From: a virus
Virus record (IMG/VR): IMGVR_UViG_3300027797_000012
Location: 1-64,000 of that record
DNA: 64,000 bases
Reading direction: 5' to 3' (one strand)
Position numbers and translations under genes: made by a program
Part shown: positions 9,852 through 19,312 of the stretch, in pieces
Position numbering within the stretch: position 1 is the first letter of the stretch
Layout of the letters: every line of letters starts with the position of its first letter
Notes under the pieces: generated by a model
What the model saw: the letters and a program-made list of their open reading frames with translations, nothing else
What the model was told of the DNA's origin: nothing
The model's database searches: none

Positions 9852-10160
9852 CTACTTTTTGTTTTGTTTCCTGGCATCTCTTTTAGCTTCAGCTCTTTCA
9901 GACCAAGCCTTTGCCTTTTGTTCTAGCACTTCTAATAGATTCAAGAAGGTAGATTCGAAGAGCTCCTGCCGCTGTACTCTACGATAGCCAAGTGGAGCTA
10001 TATCTCTCGCCCAGTCGTCGTCTTCCTCATCGTTGAAGTAGACGTTTACAGGTGAAGAGCTACATCCGCAATTGCTACACCCACAAGTGCGCCTATCAGA
10101 AGCTCCCTCGTTTGAAGGAGCCTCTGATGGAAGGCTGTTTACACTGTCTGTGCTAGACAT
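9852..10160 (-). CDS. Hypothetical protein (CGCSNCGC)
   Basis: ORF in operon context. Confidence 0.55.
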   Translation of the reverse strand: MSSTDSVNSLPSEAPSNEGASDRRTCGCSNCGCSSSPVNVYFNDEEDDDWARDIAPLGYRRVQRQELFESTFLNLLEVLEQKAKAWSERAEAKRDARKQNKK

Positions 10161-10309
10161 GCTGACGCGATAGCGCTAAGCCCTAAGGCTAGCACTAAGC
10201 TTCCATTGTCTGTATATAGCGAGGTAACAATGGCTAAAGCTGCTAATACCGCAGATGCTACAGCAGGCCAGATTAAGTTACTCACGAGTACACGTAGATT
10301 GGCTAACAT
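10139..10309 (-). CDS. Small two-TM membrane protein
   Basis: 56 aa MLANLRVL...AQTV, coupled by TAATG; not in ORF track. Confidence 0.55.
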   Translation of the reverse strand: MLANLRVLVSNLIWPAVASAVLAALAIVTSLYTDNGSLVLALGLSAIASACLAQTV

Positions 10310-10494
10310 TACTTAGCCTTACGAGTCTTTCCCTTTAGGCGATCTGAAGTATTACGGATATCAGCACCAGCCTCGGCAATAAGCTTACGAGCCTTGCCGT
10401 ATGTAACACCAAGCTCTGATGCTACTTCTACTACTGACTTACCGGATGTGTATAGCTCTGCTGCCTTTGTTGGGGTTGCAGTGTCTGTTGACAT
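10309..10494 (-). CDS. Small HTH protein
   Basis: AELYTSGKSVVEVASELGVTYGKARKLI. Confidence 0.7.
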   Translation of the reverse strand: MSTDTATPTKAAELYTSGKSVVEVASELGVTYGKARKLIAEAGADIRNTSDRLKGKTRKAK

Positions 10495-10591
10495 TGTCTT
10501 TCCTCTCTTCATTCTTCGTAGTCGTGCTGTAGCGCTTAAGCCTATGAACGCACGATTAGCTCATAGGCTTATTTGAACAGTTTAGTACTGC

Positions 10592-11044
10592 TCAAGATTT
10601 TGTTTTATTATCCTTCTTAGGAGCTTCTTTTCCATGAGTGTTGCATAACATCTTCCCACCCCATGAACCACGAGGCTTGATGTTGTTATCACAAGCACTG
10701 CCGTATCCTGCAGCTTCGCATAGAACTTTACTTCCATTCTTGAAGTTAGAGATCATTGATACAAGAGCTCGCTTGATTACAGTGTTGTTTACCACGAATC
10801 CATTTTGCATGTGGCATTGCCAGCATAGATACTCATTACGGCGATGTGATGGATCTCTAACGGCATTGCTAGATCCACAAGTATCACACGGGGTACTGTG
10901 CTTAACATTACGCACGAGGTCTCTGTAATCATACGCACATACGAGTTGTTCGTTATGTTCATAGACAAGTACGTCTGTTTCATTACACAAGGGACAGGTA
11001 CCGTATACATACACTTGTTCTTTTTGAACAGTTCCTTTTGTCAT
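10592..11044 (-). CDS. Cys-rich zinc-finger protein
   Basis: Several CxxC motifs; GGAGG SD. Confidence 0.65.
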   Translation of the reverse strand: MTKGTVQKEQVYVYGTCPLCNETDVLVYEHNEQLVCAYDYRDLVRNVKHSTPCDTCGSSNAVRDPSHRRNEYLCWQCHMQNGFVVNNTVIKRALVSMISNFKNGSKVLCEAAGYGSACDNNIKPRGSWGGKMLCNTHGKEAPKKDNKTKS

Positions 11045-11105
11045 TGATCCTCCGTATTTGTCGTTGGTAGAACTATAATACTATTTGATTATCTTGTACA
11101 ACGGA

Positions 11106-11384
11106 TTAGTCGCGTGGGCGAACTACGCCTAAGAGTGCTTGATGGGCCGCTGCCTTGTTGAATTCACGTTCAGCTCTATCGTCATATACAGATGCGATTA
11201 AGAGTGAAGGAAGAACCATAGCGATAGAACCGCAAATGGCAGTGGCAAATGTAAGAACACGCATATTCTCAAAGAACATGATGAGCATTGCAAGTGTCCA
11301 GAATCCTGAGATAACCTTTAGCGCGAATGATACTCGGCGATAACGGAATCCACGTTCACGATATTTCTTTTGTTCTAGTGTCAT
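11106..11384 (-). CDS. Two-TM membrane protein
   Basis: Hydrophobic segments; own promoter and SD. Confidence 0.6.
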   Translation of the reverse strand: MTLEQKKYRERGFRYRRVSFALKVISGFWTLAMLIMFFENMRVLTFATAICGSIAMVLPSLLIASVYDDRAEREFNKAAAHQALLGVVRPRD

Positions 11385-11446
11385 TTTTCATCCTTTTGTA
11401 ATTTGTAGTGGGGAAGTACTAGTATAATTGTATCAGGAAGATAGGA

Positions 11447-11566
11447 TTAAGCACCAAAGATAAAGCATAGTGCAACTGCGATTCCTACGCCAATGAATGC
11501 TCCGATAGGTGCACCAAAGTCTGCGTTCTCGTCAATCCAATCGATTACTGCTGTGAATGGGTTCAC
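11447..11566 (-). CDS. Small membrane peptide
   Basis: 39 aa after ACGACGAAAGGA SD, GTG start. Confidence 0.55.
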   Translation of the reverse strand: MNPFTAVIDWIDENADFGAPIGAFIGVGIAVALCFIFGA

Positions 11567-11642
11567 TTTGTTTTCCTTTCGTCGTTACCACCAGTTATTT
11601 GGTGATAGGATAATTGTATCAGGAAGATAGGGATAATGTACA

Positions 11643-13037
11643 CTACCTGACCTTAAATGTCCCACCACCACGAAACGCAGGCAATTTACGTTGCCCTGGC
11701 GACTTAGCCGTAATCCTTCCACCCATGAACCCTGCTGGTGGCTTAATGAGCAGGGCTGTGAGGGCATGAACTAGTGCGTCCACCCTATCCGGCGACTTTC
11801 CTTCTCCTGGGATCCAGGAGGCCATCTGAGACTCTAGATCACCCATGTATCCGACGTGGTGCACACGATTTTGCTCATAGGCAAGGGTGATAGGCTCAGC
11901 CCGCAGGGCTTTGCCATACTTAGAGTGAACCTCAAGGACCTTTACCGTTGGGTCAATGGTGTTAATGGCGTTTCTTACCAAGGCGCCACCTTGATTGACC
12001 TCAGCGACCACTGGGCATCCCCATTTACGTGCCATAGCGACAACCTTTTGAGCCCAGACGGTGGGTGAGCCTAGAATGGAAGCATCTTCAAGTATCCAGC
12101 TCTGACGTTTGTAAAGATCTCTATCTCCCGTAGAGGCGCAGACGATAATCCCGCATTCATCTCGTGGGTTTTCAGCTACCGATGGGTCAACCCCAATTAC
12201 GCGAAGAGGGACGCCTTGAGGCATAACCATTTCACGGCCTTTGTCGATAAGCTCCATTGTCCATAGAGCTCCTTCAACATCTGAAAGCATCTCGCCGTAA
12301 AGCTCTTGCGCAGCTAGACGAGTTCCTTGGTAAACTCCAAGAATAGCATCAAGGTAAGCTTGAGAAAGGTTTCCGGAGTTATCTAGCGTAGAGCCACGGG
12401 TGATAGCTACGCGCCCAGTAGTCTCGGCTTCTTTAATAAGTGAGTACAAAAGTGGCACGCGCTTCGGTGTGGTAGTAATCATCATCTTAGGATTTTGCCC
12501 AAGACGTACACCCACGCGTAAGTTGTCAAAGGCTGTCATGCCAGCTGCGTCAGGAGTTTGTCGCCAAGCGGCAACCTCATCTCCCCAAGCGTGTGTGAAC
12601 TGAGGTCCACGGAGAGAGTCAGGCTCATCAGCTGTGAAGCATGTGGCGGTATTTCCGTTAGGCCAAGTCAGTCTTCGCTTTGACGGCTCATACAAAGGGC
12701 GTTCACTTGGAGCTGAAACATTTATGATTCCCGATTCACCTTCAACGATAACGTCACGCACGTCGGCAGCTGTACGAGCGACTAGAGCAAAACGGCGTTG
12801 GCCAGTGTCGGTATGCTTAGCTTCTTCTCTTACCCACTCGGCTGCAGCTCTAGTCTTACCAGCACCGCGACCTGCGAGGTACATCCATATAGACCAATCG
12901 CCTTGTGGAGGTTGCTGCTCTGGTCGAGACCAGACAGTCCAATCCCACATGAGATTGTCCATGTCAAAATCCGCAAGGATTTCGTTACGCTCTTCCTCTG
13001 GCAGCATAGCTAGATGCTCCATTATACTTTTACCCAT
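11643..13037 (-). CDS. terL: Terminase large subunit
   Basis: Walker A AGRGAGKT, LRGPQF..AWGDE, TTTP, nuclease GVDPS and SPDRVDA. Confidence 0.93.
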   Translation of the reverse strand: MGKSIMEHLAMLPEEERNEILADFDMDNLMWDWTVWSRPEQQPPQGDWSIWMYLAGRGAGKTRAAAEWVREEAKHTDTGQRRFALVARTAADVRDVIVEGESGIINVSAPSERPLYEPSKRRLTWPNGNTATCFTADEPDSLRGPQFTHAWGDEVAAWRQTPDAAGMTAFDNLRVGVRLGQNPKMMITTTPKRVPLLYSLIKEAETTGRVAITRGSTLDNSGNLSQAYLDAILGVYQGTRLAAQELYGEMLSDVEGALWTMELIDKGREMVMPQGVPLRVIGVDPSVAENPRDECGIIVCASTGDRDLYKRQSWILEDASILGSPTVWAQKVVAMARKWGCPVVAEVNQGGALVRNAINTIDPTVKVLEVHSKYGKALRAEPITLAYEQNRVHHVGYMGDLESQMASWIPGEGKSPDRVDALVHALTALLIKPPAGFMGGRITAKSPGQRKLPAFRGGGTFKVR

Positions 13038-13054
13038 GTGTACTATAGTACATT

Positions 13055-13190
13055 AAAAAAGAAAAAGCTAGACGGTTTTAGCCGCCTAGCTTCTTCTCTA
13101 CCTGAGAAAGGATGTCATCACCTGATGGTGGATTGGAGTACGCCACCAGGGAGACCCTCGATGTGGAGTAATGACTTAAACCAATCGAGT
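13055..13190 (-). ncRNA. Candidate about 130-nt sRNA with anti-SD-like elements
   Basis: Extended -10 at 13197-13205, two hairpins, no ORF, intrinsic terminator at 13055-13092. Confidence 0.55.
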
Positions 13191-13202
13191 AAGGTAATTA
13201 TA

Positions 13203-14123
13203 TCAGGAAACGTCTCGATAAATCTGCGAAACAACTTTCGCCCAAATTACCGGAGTGTGCTCAAGTGGTTGATAACCACCAGCTCCTCCAATAAGAACTC
13301 TGCCTTGCGAATGCTTATTAGCTATACGAGCTACAGCCTTAGCCGCGTACTCGTATCCTGGATAATCAAACTGCAATGAAGACAGAGGATCTGTCTTGTG
13401 CGCATCGGCTCCAGTAGCTAGAAGAATAACATCTGGCTTGATCTCATCCGCTAATGCTTCTATCTCATCCATTGCCTTCTTGAAAGCTTCATCACCGCTG
13501 TTCGCCGGTAGCGCCCAGTTGTAAACTCCTTCGTCTGGTGAATGCCCGCTTCGCCCAGTACCTGGAAAGATAGTTCCATCATGGATACTCGCAGTAACAA
13601 TATCGTAGTGATCTCGTAAAAGATTCTCTACGCCATCGCCATGGTGCGCATCCCAGTCAATGTACATAACCTTTAGGCCTTTGAGATCAAACTGACGAGC
13701 AGCCCAAGCCATATCGTTGAATACACAGAACCCAGATGAGTGGTCGTACTGCGCATGGTGCTTAGCTCCCTGAGGATTAAACGCAACCTTTGCTTCACCT
13801 GCTAAGATCTTTTCAACAAGACGAACTGTGCCCGCAAACATCTCTAAGGCAACCTGACCCTTTTCAAGACTGTTTGGACGCCATTCTCCGCAGTGCCCAT
13901 CATCCAACACCTTAGAAACATAGTGTGAATCGTGTACGAACTGTACTCGATCTCGATCTATGTCTGTGGCATTAGGCGTGACAAGCTCAATATCAAATTC
14001 TTCTGCAAGAAGATTTGTAGCAAGCTTAGCTCGCATAGGATTAGTCGGATGGTTATCGCCTTCAGATCCAAGCTTCCACTTTAAGTAAACATCATCGTAA
14101 GCTACATGTAGTTTACTCGGCAT
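13203..14123 (-). CDS. Zn-dependent histone-deacetylase (HDAC/AcuC) family protein
   Basis: HPTNPMR, GAKHHA..SSGFCVFND, IDWDAHHGDG, IFPGTG, GADAHKTDPL, GGAGGY. Confidence 0.92.
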   Translation of the reverse strand: MPSKLHVAYDDVYLKWKLGSEGDNHPTNPMRAKLATNLLAEEFDIELVTPNATDIDRDRVQFVHDSHYVSKVLDDGHCGEWRPNSLEKGQVALEMFAGTVRLVEKILAGEAKVAFNPQGAKHHAQYDHSSGFCVFNDMAWAARQFDLKGLKVMYIDWDAHHGDGVENLLRDHYDIVTASIHDGTIFPGTGRSGHSPDEGVYNWALPANSGDEAFKKAMDEIEALADEIKPDVILLATGADAHKTDPLSSLQFDYPGYEYAAKAVARIANKHSQGRVLIGGAGGYQPLEHTPVIWAKVVSQIYRDVS

Positions 14124-14667
14124 CTGGTGCTCCTAGCTGGAGTAGGTGCCTTTCAAAGTCCGCATTGCAAAGAACATACGCTGTTCGCTTGCTGCGCATC
14201 AAAGAAATTGCATCTGCAGCTTCATAGCCTTCCCGCATAAGAACGAGAGCTGTAGTCAGACCAGAACGGTTTAACCCAGCTTGGCAACGAATTAAAGTTT
14301 TGTTACCAGATTTCCAAGCGGTATGCGCATATTCAACTACACGCGAAAGCTTTTCCCAGTCGATGTGCTCGATGTTTGAATCATAAAAACCAAAACGCAA
14401 TTCATCAACTAACCAGTCGGCTGGCTTTGCCCATGCATAGAGTGTAATTACCGTATCGAAATCGTCCTTCGTGATTTCACGGCTCAAGCGTGTGTCGGCA
14501 GATGTTTCGATTGTGTCGTTATCATCAGTGCCACCGACCCAGAGACCAGGCAGGATCTCACTCCATAGAGGGAAGTCCCAGCTATCTAGCTCGTGTTTCG
14601 GGGCATACCCTTCTTCGATAATGCTTGCCATGTGTTCGTCTCCTTTGTCATTTGTGTCATTTGTCAT
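14113..14667 (-). CDS. Dual-specificity/tyrosine protein phosphatase
   Basis: CX5R loop RCQAGLNRSG; EILPGLWVGG; alternative start at 14631. Confidence 0.88.
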   Translation of the reverse strand: MTNDTNDKGDEHMASIIEEGYAPKHELDSWDFPLWSEILPGLWVGGTDDNDTIETSADTRLSREITKDDFDTVITLYAWAKPADWLVDELRFGFYDSNIEHIDWEKLSRVVEYAHTAWKSGNKTLIRCQAGLNRSGLTTALVLMREGYEAADAISLMRSKRTAYVLCNADFERHLLQLGAPDAE

Positions 14668-14709
14668 TATATGTACTATTATATCAGGTTATGTTACTCG
14701 CGAGTACCA

Positions 14710-15276
14710 CTACTCTTCTTGCACGAAGGTGTGGATCTCTCCACCGGAGTAGATGTCATGCTGTATAGCTATTTCAATAGCTCGACGCAAAATCTTCTCC
14801 GCAGCTTCGGGAGTCTTAACTTTTCGATAGCTTAGAGCTTCTAAAGCTCCAAGCGCGATGTCTCCGCCGCTACCGGAGTAATAAACGTTCCTAGCTTCTC
14901 TATCCCAAGAGTAGTCATTAAAAATTGGATAGATAACTCCCTGGACCGAAACAATTAAGTTCGAGTCATGCTCCGCAGCTGCTCCGTCGTCCTTACCTTC
15001 GTAGCCAGCATCTTGAAATGCTTTTCTAAGCGAAGGTATGAACTTCTTAGTCATAAAGATGTCTAAGTTTTCAGTTCGAGTAGGCTTAGGCGCCTTCCAA
15101 CCAAATTGGGCAATGTTGCCACCGCGTGATGCACCGGAGACAGCAATTAGCGCTCCATTGTTTTGCACGATTTTATGCGTAGCAAGATCCATGTATCGAC
15201 CACCTTCATCAGATGCTCGTGAATCGCAACCGAGAACAGACCAGCCATCACCTTGTATTGCCGCAAGTGTAGTCAC
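14710..15276 (-). CDS. Ntn-hydrolase, proteasome beta/HslV-like protease
   Basis: GTG start gives N-terminal Thr (TTLAAI); DSRAS, K, GSGGDIALGAL, DIYSGG. Confidence 0.85.
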   Translation of the reverse strand: MTTLAAIQGDGWSVLGCDSRASDEGGRYMDLATHKIVQNNGALIAVSGASRGGNIAQFGWKAPKPTRTENLDIFMTKKFIPSLRKAFQDAGYEGKDDGAAAEHDSNLIVSVQGVIYPIFNDYSWDREARNVYYSGSGGDIALGALEALSYRKVKTPEAAEKILRRAIEIAIQHDIYSGGEIHTFVQEE

Positions 15277-15345
15277 TGGTTCCCTCTCCAAAAGACCTGG
15301 CTAAACGCCTGGGTTAAATATAACCCAAGCGTTTAACCTTTGTCT

Positions 15346-15678
15346 TTAGACTAGGTCGATTATCGCAACAGGTACTGTGACCAGTGCGGATTCTACGTCA
15401 CGGGTGATTGGATTAACCCGTGCGAATCTACCTGTAGGTGTTACAAGTTTAACCACAACCTTCTTCTGTTTCTTGCTTACCACGGTAGCTTTTTGACCTA
15501 CCATGTAACGAGTCCCAGTAAGACTGTTGAATACTACCGTATCACCTATGTGGTAGTCATTGATGGTGCGTTCACTGCGAGATGCAGTAAGACGATCCTC
15601 AATGGCTTCCTTTAGCTTTGTTAAGGAAGAATCATACACACCCGCGTTAACGCTGGCGATGATTACATCTATGTCCAT
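15346..15678 (-). CDS. Hypothetical protein (SH3/KOW-like)
   Basis: Promoter plus SD; IGDTVVF. Confidence 0.6.
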   Translation of the reverse strand: MDIDVIIASVNAGVYDSSLTKLKEAIEDRLTASRSERTINDYHIGDTVVFNSLTGTRYMVGQKATVVSKKQKKVVVKLVTPTGRFARVNPITRDVESALVTVPVAIIDLV

Positions 15679-15856
15679 TTTTGTTCCTTTCCGTCAGTGT
15701 AGTACTATTATATCAGGTATACTGATAAAAGTAAACTAGCCCTACTCTTCGGGTTTGCAAAAGACACAGTGGCACATGTCATCGATGATAGATTTCACGA
15801 CAAGCCAGCCGAGAAACAGTATCAACCCGCAAACAATCCACATAATGCCTTCGGGA

Positions 15857-16057
15857 CTAAGCATCAACCTGGCTAGGGCAATGCCCGAATAATTGGGCAG
15901 TCAGTTGCATACTGGTTTTTCCGGTACGGGTCCAGTCTTGATAAACTCGCTTCCACTCTTTGGAAGCACCCTTAGGGTGATAGACCAAGCATTGACAAGG
16001 AGACGTGGACAGTTCATCCACGGCTCTTGTCTGCTCGGCTATCTGAGAATTAAGCAT
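15857..16057 (-). CDS. Hypothetical protein
   Basis: Operon context. Confidence 0.5.
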   Translation of the reverse strand: MLNSQIAEQTRAVDELSTSPCQCLVYHPKGASKEWKRVYQDWTRTGKTSMQLTAQLFGHCPSQVDA

Positions 16058-16292
16058 CGACCTCGGCACGGAAGTACCCGATACCTTCAGCTGCTTGAAC
16101 TTCATCTTCTACCCAAGGTAGACGCTTTCGATCTGTGTCAAGGAATGAGCTAGCGTAGAGGACTGCCTCACGCTTTGCAGGTCCAAGAGATTTGAATGCA
16201 CCGTAACGTGCTTGCCCTGAGCCAAGATCCTTAACTGTAACTAACCATGCAGCGTTAGGTGCCTTGCTCTTATGTAATGTTGCTACTATCAT
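16050..16292 (-). CDS. Hypothetical protein
   Basis: ATGA coupling. Confidence 0.6.
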   Translation of the reverse strand: MIVATLHKSKAPNAAWLVTVKDLGSGQARYGAFKSLGPAKREAVLYASSFLDTDRKRLPWVEDEVQAAEGIGYFRAEVDA

Positions 16293-16474
16293 TTAGTGCC
16301 TTTCGTCTTTGTCTTTGGTGGCTCAAGAAGTTTCTTGAGCTTCGCGTTCTTTTCTTCAAGCTCTTTGATGTAGATCCGTAAAGCTCGATTGTCACGTATT
16401 GAAAGAATCATCACAAGGCCTGCGCCTAATAGTGCGATGATGATTGCAAGTATATCCGTAGACTCTAGTATCAT
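16289..16474 (-). CDS. Membrane-anchored coiled-coil peptide
   Basis: N-terminal TM. Confidence 0.6.
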   Translation of the reverse strand: MILESTDILAIIIALLGAGLVMILSIRDNRALRIYIKELEEKNAKLKKLLEPPKTKTKGTK

Positions 16475-16770
16475 TAGTTTTCCTCCCAGTTAATAGACCA
16501 GCCATCGCAGTAAGCATCCTCTGTTTTAGGGTGCCACCTTGTTACTGTTTTTTCAGGTATACACATGAATTTAGTAAACTCATGTGCACATTTATGACAG
16601 AGCATAAATTGCAGAGGGTTCTCCGCACCTATAGCGTAGATGTTATCTACGAACATCATATACCCACCATCAAGTGACAGCTCAAGAGCCACAGGTATAT
16701 TCGAGTCCATTGACATGGGTTTGAATACCTGTGGGTCTTGGCAGCGAGAACACTCGACTATAGTTATCAT
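16474..16770 (-). CDS. Hypothetical zinc-binding protein
   Basis: CSRC...CHKC; TAATG coupling. Confidence 0.6.
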   Translation of the reverse strand: MITIVECSRCQDPQVFKPMSMDSNIPVALELSLDGGYMMFVDNIYAIGAENPLQFMLCHKCAHEFTKFMCIPEKTVTRWHPKTEDAYCDGWSINWEEN

Positions 16771-17048
16771 TACGCGCCGGTAGATCCTGCAATACTTAGA
16801 TAGCTAATGTCACCAGGCTCGCGATACTGAATTTCCTCGCGCACAACTTCTGGGTGGTTAAGCACGAGAGCGAGTAGCTCCTCTGCGCTCATTTCTTCGT
16901 GAGGCTCTCCACGAGTTTCTTTCATAACTACTACCTTCTCGATTGGTGCGGTAGCACCTAGTAGAAGTTCTCTTACCTGTGCCTTCGTGTCAATGATGTA
17001 GTAGTAAGTAGTTCCCTTAATGGTTACTGCTGTTCCATACGCTGTCAT
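16770..17048 (-). CDS. Hypothetical protein
   Basis: GGAGAGG SD. Confidence 0.6.
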   Translation of the reverse strand: MTAYGTAVTIKGTTYYYIIDTKAQVRELLLGATAPIEKVVVMKETRGEPHEEMSAEELLALVLNHPEVVREEIQYREPGDISYLSIAGSTGA

Positions 17049-17060
17049 GTTGTCCTCTCC

Positions 17061-17303
17061 TTAGACCGCAAACGCGAGTCTATATCCTTTTGCAATTTTA
17101 GAGTTAACCTTTGCAACCGCAGCAACTCGAGCGCTTTGGTCTGTAATGAAACGTTGTGATTGGTTCTGGCGTTGAGATTTCTCAGCCATTCCCCATGTGG
17201 TGCGAACTGTAGATCCGTCGAGGATTACCTCGTAAATCTTCTTCTTACCGATAGCACCGCGAGCGCCATCGCTGTCTTTTAAGAGACACCATCTTTGAGT
17301 CAT
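17061..17303 (-). CDS. WGR-domain protein
   Basis: KKIYEV...VRTTWG...K..SKIAKGY. Confidence 0.7.
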   Translation of the reverse strand: MTQRWCLLKDSDGARGAIGKKKIYEVILDGSTVRTTWGMAEKSQRQNQSQRFITDQSARVAAVAKVNSKIAKGYRLAFAV

Positions 17304-17350
17304 TTTATATCCTTCCGTCGTTTGGTAATACTATTATATCAGGTTTAGTT

Positions 17351-17524
17351 TTACTTGTACAACACCTTGCATAAGGCTTCGTACTTTTCATCTAACCACT
17401 TAATTTGGTTTTCTGTGAGGGTTTGAACCTCAACCTCGCCGCGTTCTTCACGACGACGTCCGCGCTTAGCCAGCTTGACACCGGCGTATAGAACCACGCT
17501 GTCCTTGACTAATCCGTTAAACAT
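17351..17524 (-). CDS. Hypothetical protein
   Basis: Promoter at 17565 plus SD. Confidence 0.55.
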   Translation of the reverse strand: MFNGLVKDSVVLYAGVKLAKRGRRREERGEVEVQTLTENQIKWLDEKYEALCKVLYK

Positions 17525-17595
17525 TTTCTTTCCTTTTCTACCAGCCACCTTGGCTGATAGGTTAATTATAACATGGTACTGGTAAAAAGTACACC

Positions 17596-17871
17596 TTACT
17601 CGTCGGTAACATCTTCCTCGTCCGGCCACATCTCCGGACGGAGGGCAAACTCGTATTGGTCACCCCTCCAGGAGTTTGTACCAAAGGAGATGTCTTCCTC
17701 CATGAGCTTGTTCAGGGACAGGACCGCAGTGTGCCCTTCAGCCTCGAACATGATTACCAATTTGGTATCTGATTGCTCAGGGTCATCAACGAGAGCTACA
17801 GTGAACGGCATCCCACCGATTCCATTTCTGTGAGTGTCCATGTCAACAATCTCTAGCTTATCGGCGTTCAT
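17596..17871 (-). CDS. Hypothetical phage protein
   Basis: HRNGIGG..F, NSWRGDQYE. Confidence 0.65.
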   Translation of the reverse strand: MNADKLEIVDMDTHRNGIGGMPFTVALVDDPEQSDTKLVIMFEAEGHTAVLSLNKLMEEDISFGTNSWRGDQYEFALRPEMWPDEEDVTDE

Positions 17872-18032
17872 TCTTCTCTCTTCCGTTCTGGTCGTCTCTT
17901 AGAAATCTCATGGGTTGCTAAATCCATCTTATGTTTGTGCAGCCAATCCTTTGCTACAGTTTCATTTATGAACTCACCCAGCCATTTTCCCTCTGGATTA
18001 AATACATTTACAAGATCGTATAGGGTACTCAT
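17868..18032 (-). CDS. Hypothetical protein
   Basis: 54 aa, ATGA overlaps on both sides. Confidence 0.5.
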   Translation of the reverse strand: MSTLYDLVNVFNPEGKWLGEFINETVAKDWLHKHKMDLATHEISKRRPERKREE

Positions 18033-18607
18033 TGAGAAACTCTATTCGCTGACTTGACTGGTGTATAGCATGTGCTCTTTCCCTTATGTTGTATGTATCC
18101 GTAACGAGCTAACCGAAAGCGTAGAGCTCCATGGGTAACCCCAAGAGATTTAGCAAGACGGTACAGAGTAACTTTTTCTACCGTGTGAGCTTTCCAAATT
18201 AGCGCACTGTACTCTTCAGCTTCAGCTCGGTATTGTTTGTGGTCGTAGCGAACTTTCTGTGCAAGAGGTTGTAGCTCAAGTAAACGAGCTAGAGTCTCCT
18301 TGCTTGGCAAGATCGGTACATGCACATCCTTAACCTCAACGTCTTCAAGTGGAACAGACGGCATAGGGAATTCTCCGGGATTAGCAAGAATGCTAATAAC
18401 GAGAGAAGGTTGGGCAGATGATTCAATTTGACGAATACGTTCTCTGGTAAGACCCATTGCATTCGCAAGGCTCTGCAGTGTCCACTTGTTACAGCGGAGT
18501 GCATACACATAAGCTGCGCGAGTCTCTTTGTCTTTGATGATACCGAGTTTAACGGTAGCTTCGAACGGCAACACTAAGTGCTGTCTAACTTCTTTTTGTA
18601 CTATCAT
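18029..18607 (-). CDS. Sigma-70 region-4-like HTH protein
   Basis: WTLQSLANAMGLTRERIRQIE plus a second HTH. Confidence 0.7.
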   Translation of the reverse strand: MIVQKEVRQHLVLPFEATVKLGIIKDKETRAAYVYALRCNKWTLQSLANAMGLTRERIRQIESSAQPSLVISILANPGEFPMPSVPLEDVEVKDVHVPILPSKETLARLLELQPLAQKVRYDHKQYRAEAEEYSALIWKAHTVEKVTLYRLAKSLGVTHGALRFRLARYGYIQHKGKSTCYTPVKSANRVSQ

Positions 18608-18616
18608 TGGTTTCCT

Positions 18617-18826
18617 TTAGTTAATTGCTAGTGGGTCGCATGTAGGGAGAGTGTGAGTTCTCCAGTCGGTAATAACTGTGTCTAGTACTTCGGCAAGATC
18701 TTCCGGTAACTGCGCTGCGATAAGCTTTACAGTCGCAACGGTAACCGCATTATCTGTAAACATGTCATCATGCTCAGACTGATTGAATCCGCACATGTGA
18801 CATAGATCTCCTCCACCACTACTCAT
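18617..18826 (-). CDS. Hypothetical protein
   Basis: Operon context. Confidence 0.5.
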   Translation of the reverse strand: MSSGGGDLCHMCGFNQSEHDDMFTDNAVTVATVKLIAAQLPEDLAEVLDTVITDWRTHTLPTCDPLAIN

Positions 18827-18978
18827 GCGGCCACCTGCGCTTGACTCTTAATACGAGATTGAAGATCTGAAACCATGTGGGCAAGGTGATGGAATCCTGC
18901 ATTTTGGCAGGAAGCTTTCTCTTTGCCAAGCGCACGCAGAATTAGCTCTACGTCTTTATCGGTAAGTTCAATGTTCAC
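18823..18978 (-). CDS. Hypothetical protein
   Basis: GTG start, 51 aa, fills the gap between neighbours. Confidence 0.45.
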   Translation of the reverse strand: MNIELTDKDVELILRALGKEKASCQNAGFHHLAHMVSDLQSRIKSQAQVAA

Positions 18979-18980
18979 TA

Positions 18981-19271
18981 TTACACCAGTCTTTCTTTTG
19001 CAAGAACTGCGTTCTTTACGAGTTCAACTACATCTTTGTTAAATCCACCGATGTTGTACTCCATAACTTCATCCATGTCAGGCGCACCTAAATCGTAGCG
19101 CTTCCAATCATAAACTGTCGCAACAGACCCATCTGAAAACATGTGGGTCCATTCAACGGTAACTTTGTCACCTGGGTAGTAGAACGTTGGTTCGTCAAAT
19201 GCCTTAATGAGATCTCTCATTGTAGTTGTGACATACCCTTGTAGGGATGTTCCATTTGCGATGTTGCTCAT
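18981..19271 (-). CDS. Conserved-looking hypothetical phage protein
   Basis: GTSLQG..., DKVTVEW, ATVYDWK, NIGG; promoter plus SD. Confidence 0.7.
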   Translation of the reverse strand: MSNIANGTSLQGYVTTTMRDLIKAFDEPTFYYPGDKVTVEWTHMFSDGSVATVYDWKRYDLGAPDMDEVMEYNIGGFNKDVVELVKNAVLAKERLV

Positions 19272-19312
19272 TTCTTTGTCCTTTCGTCGTTGTTAGTACT
19301 ATTATAACATGT

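Noticed and set aside
13014-13379. Plus-strand ORF preceded by AGAAAGGA
   Set aside because: SD-to-ATG spacing is 12 nt, it is antisense to the deacetylase, and the promoter and terminator point the other way; not fully excluded.
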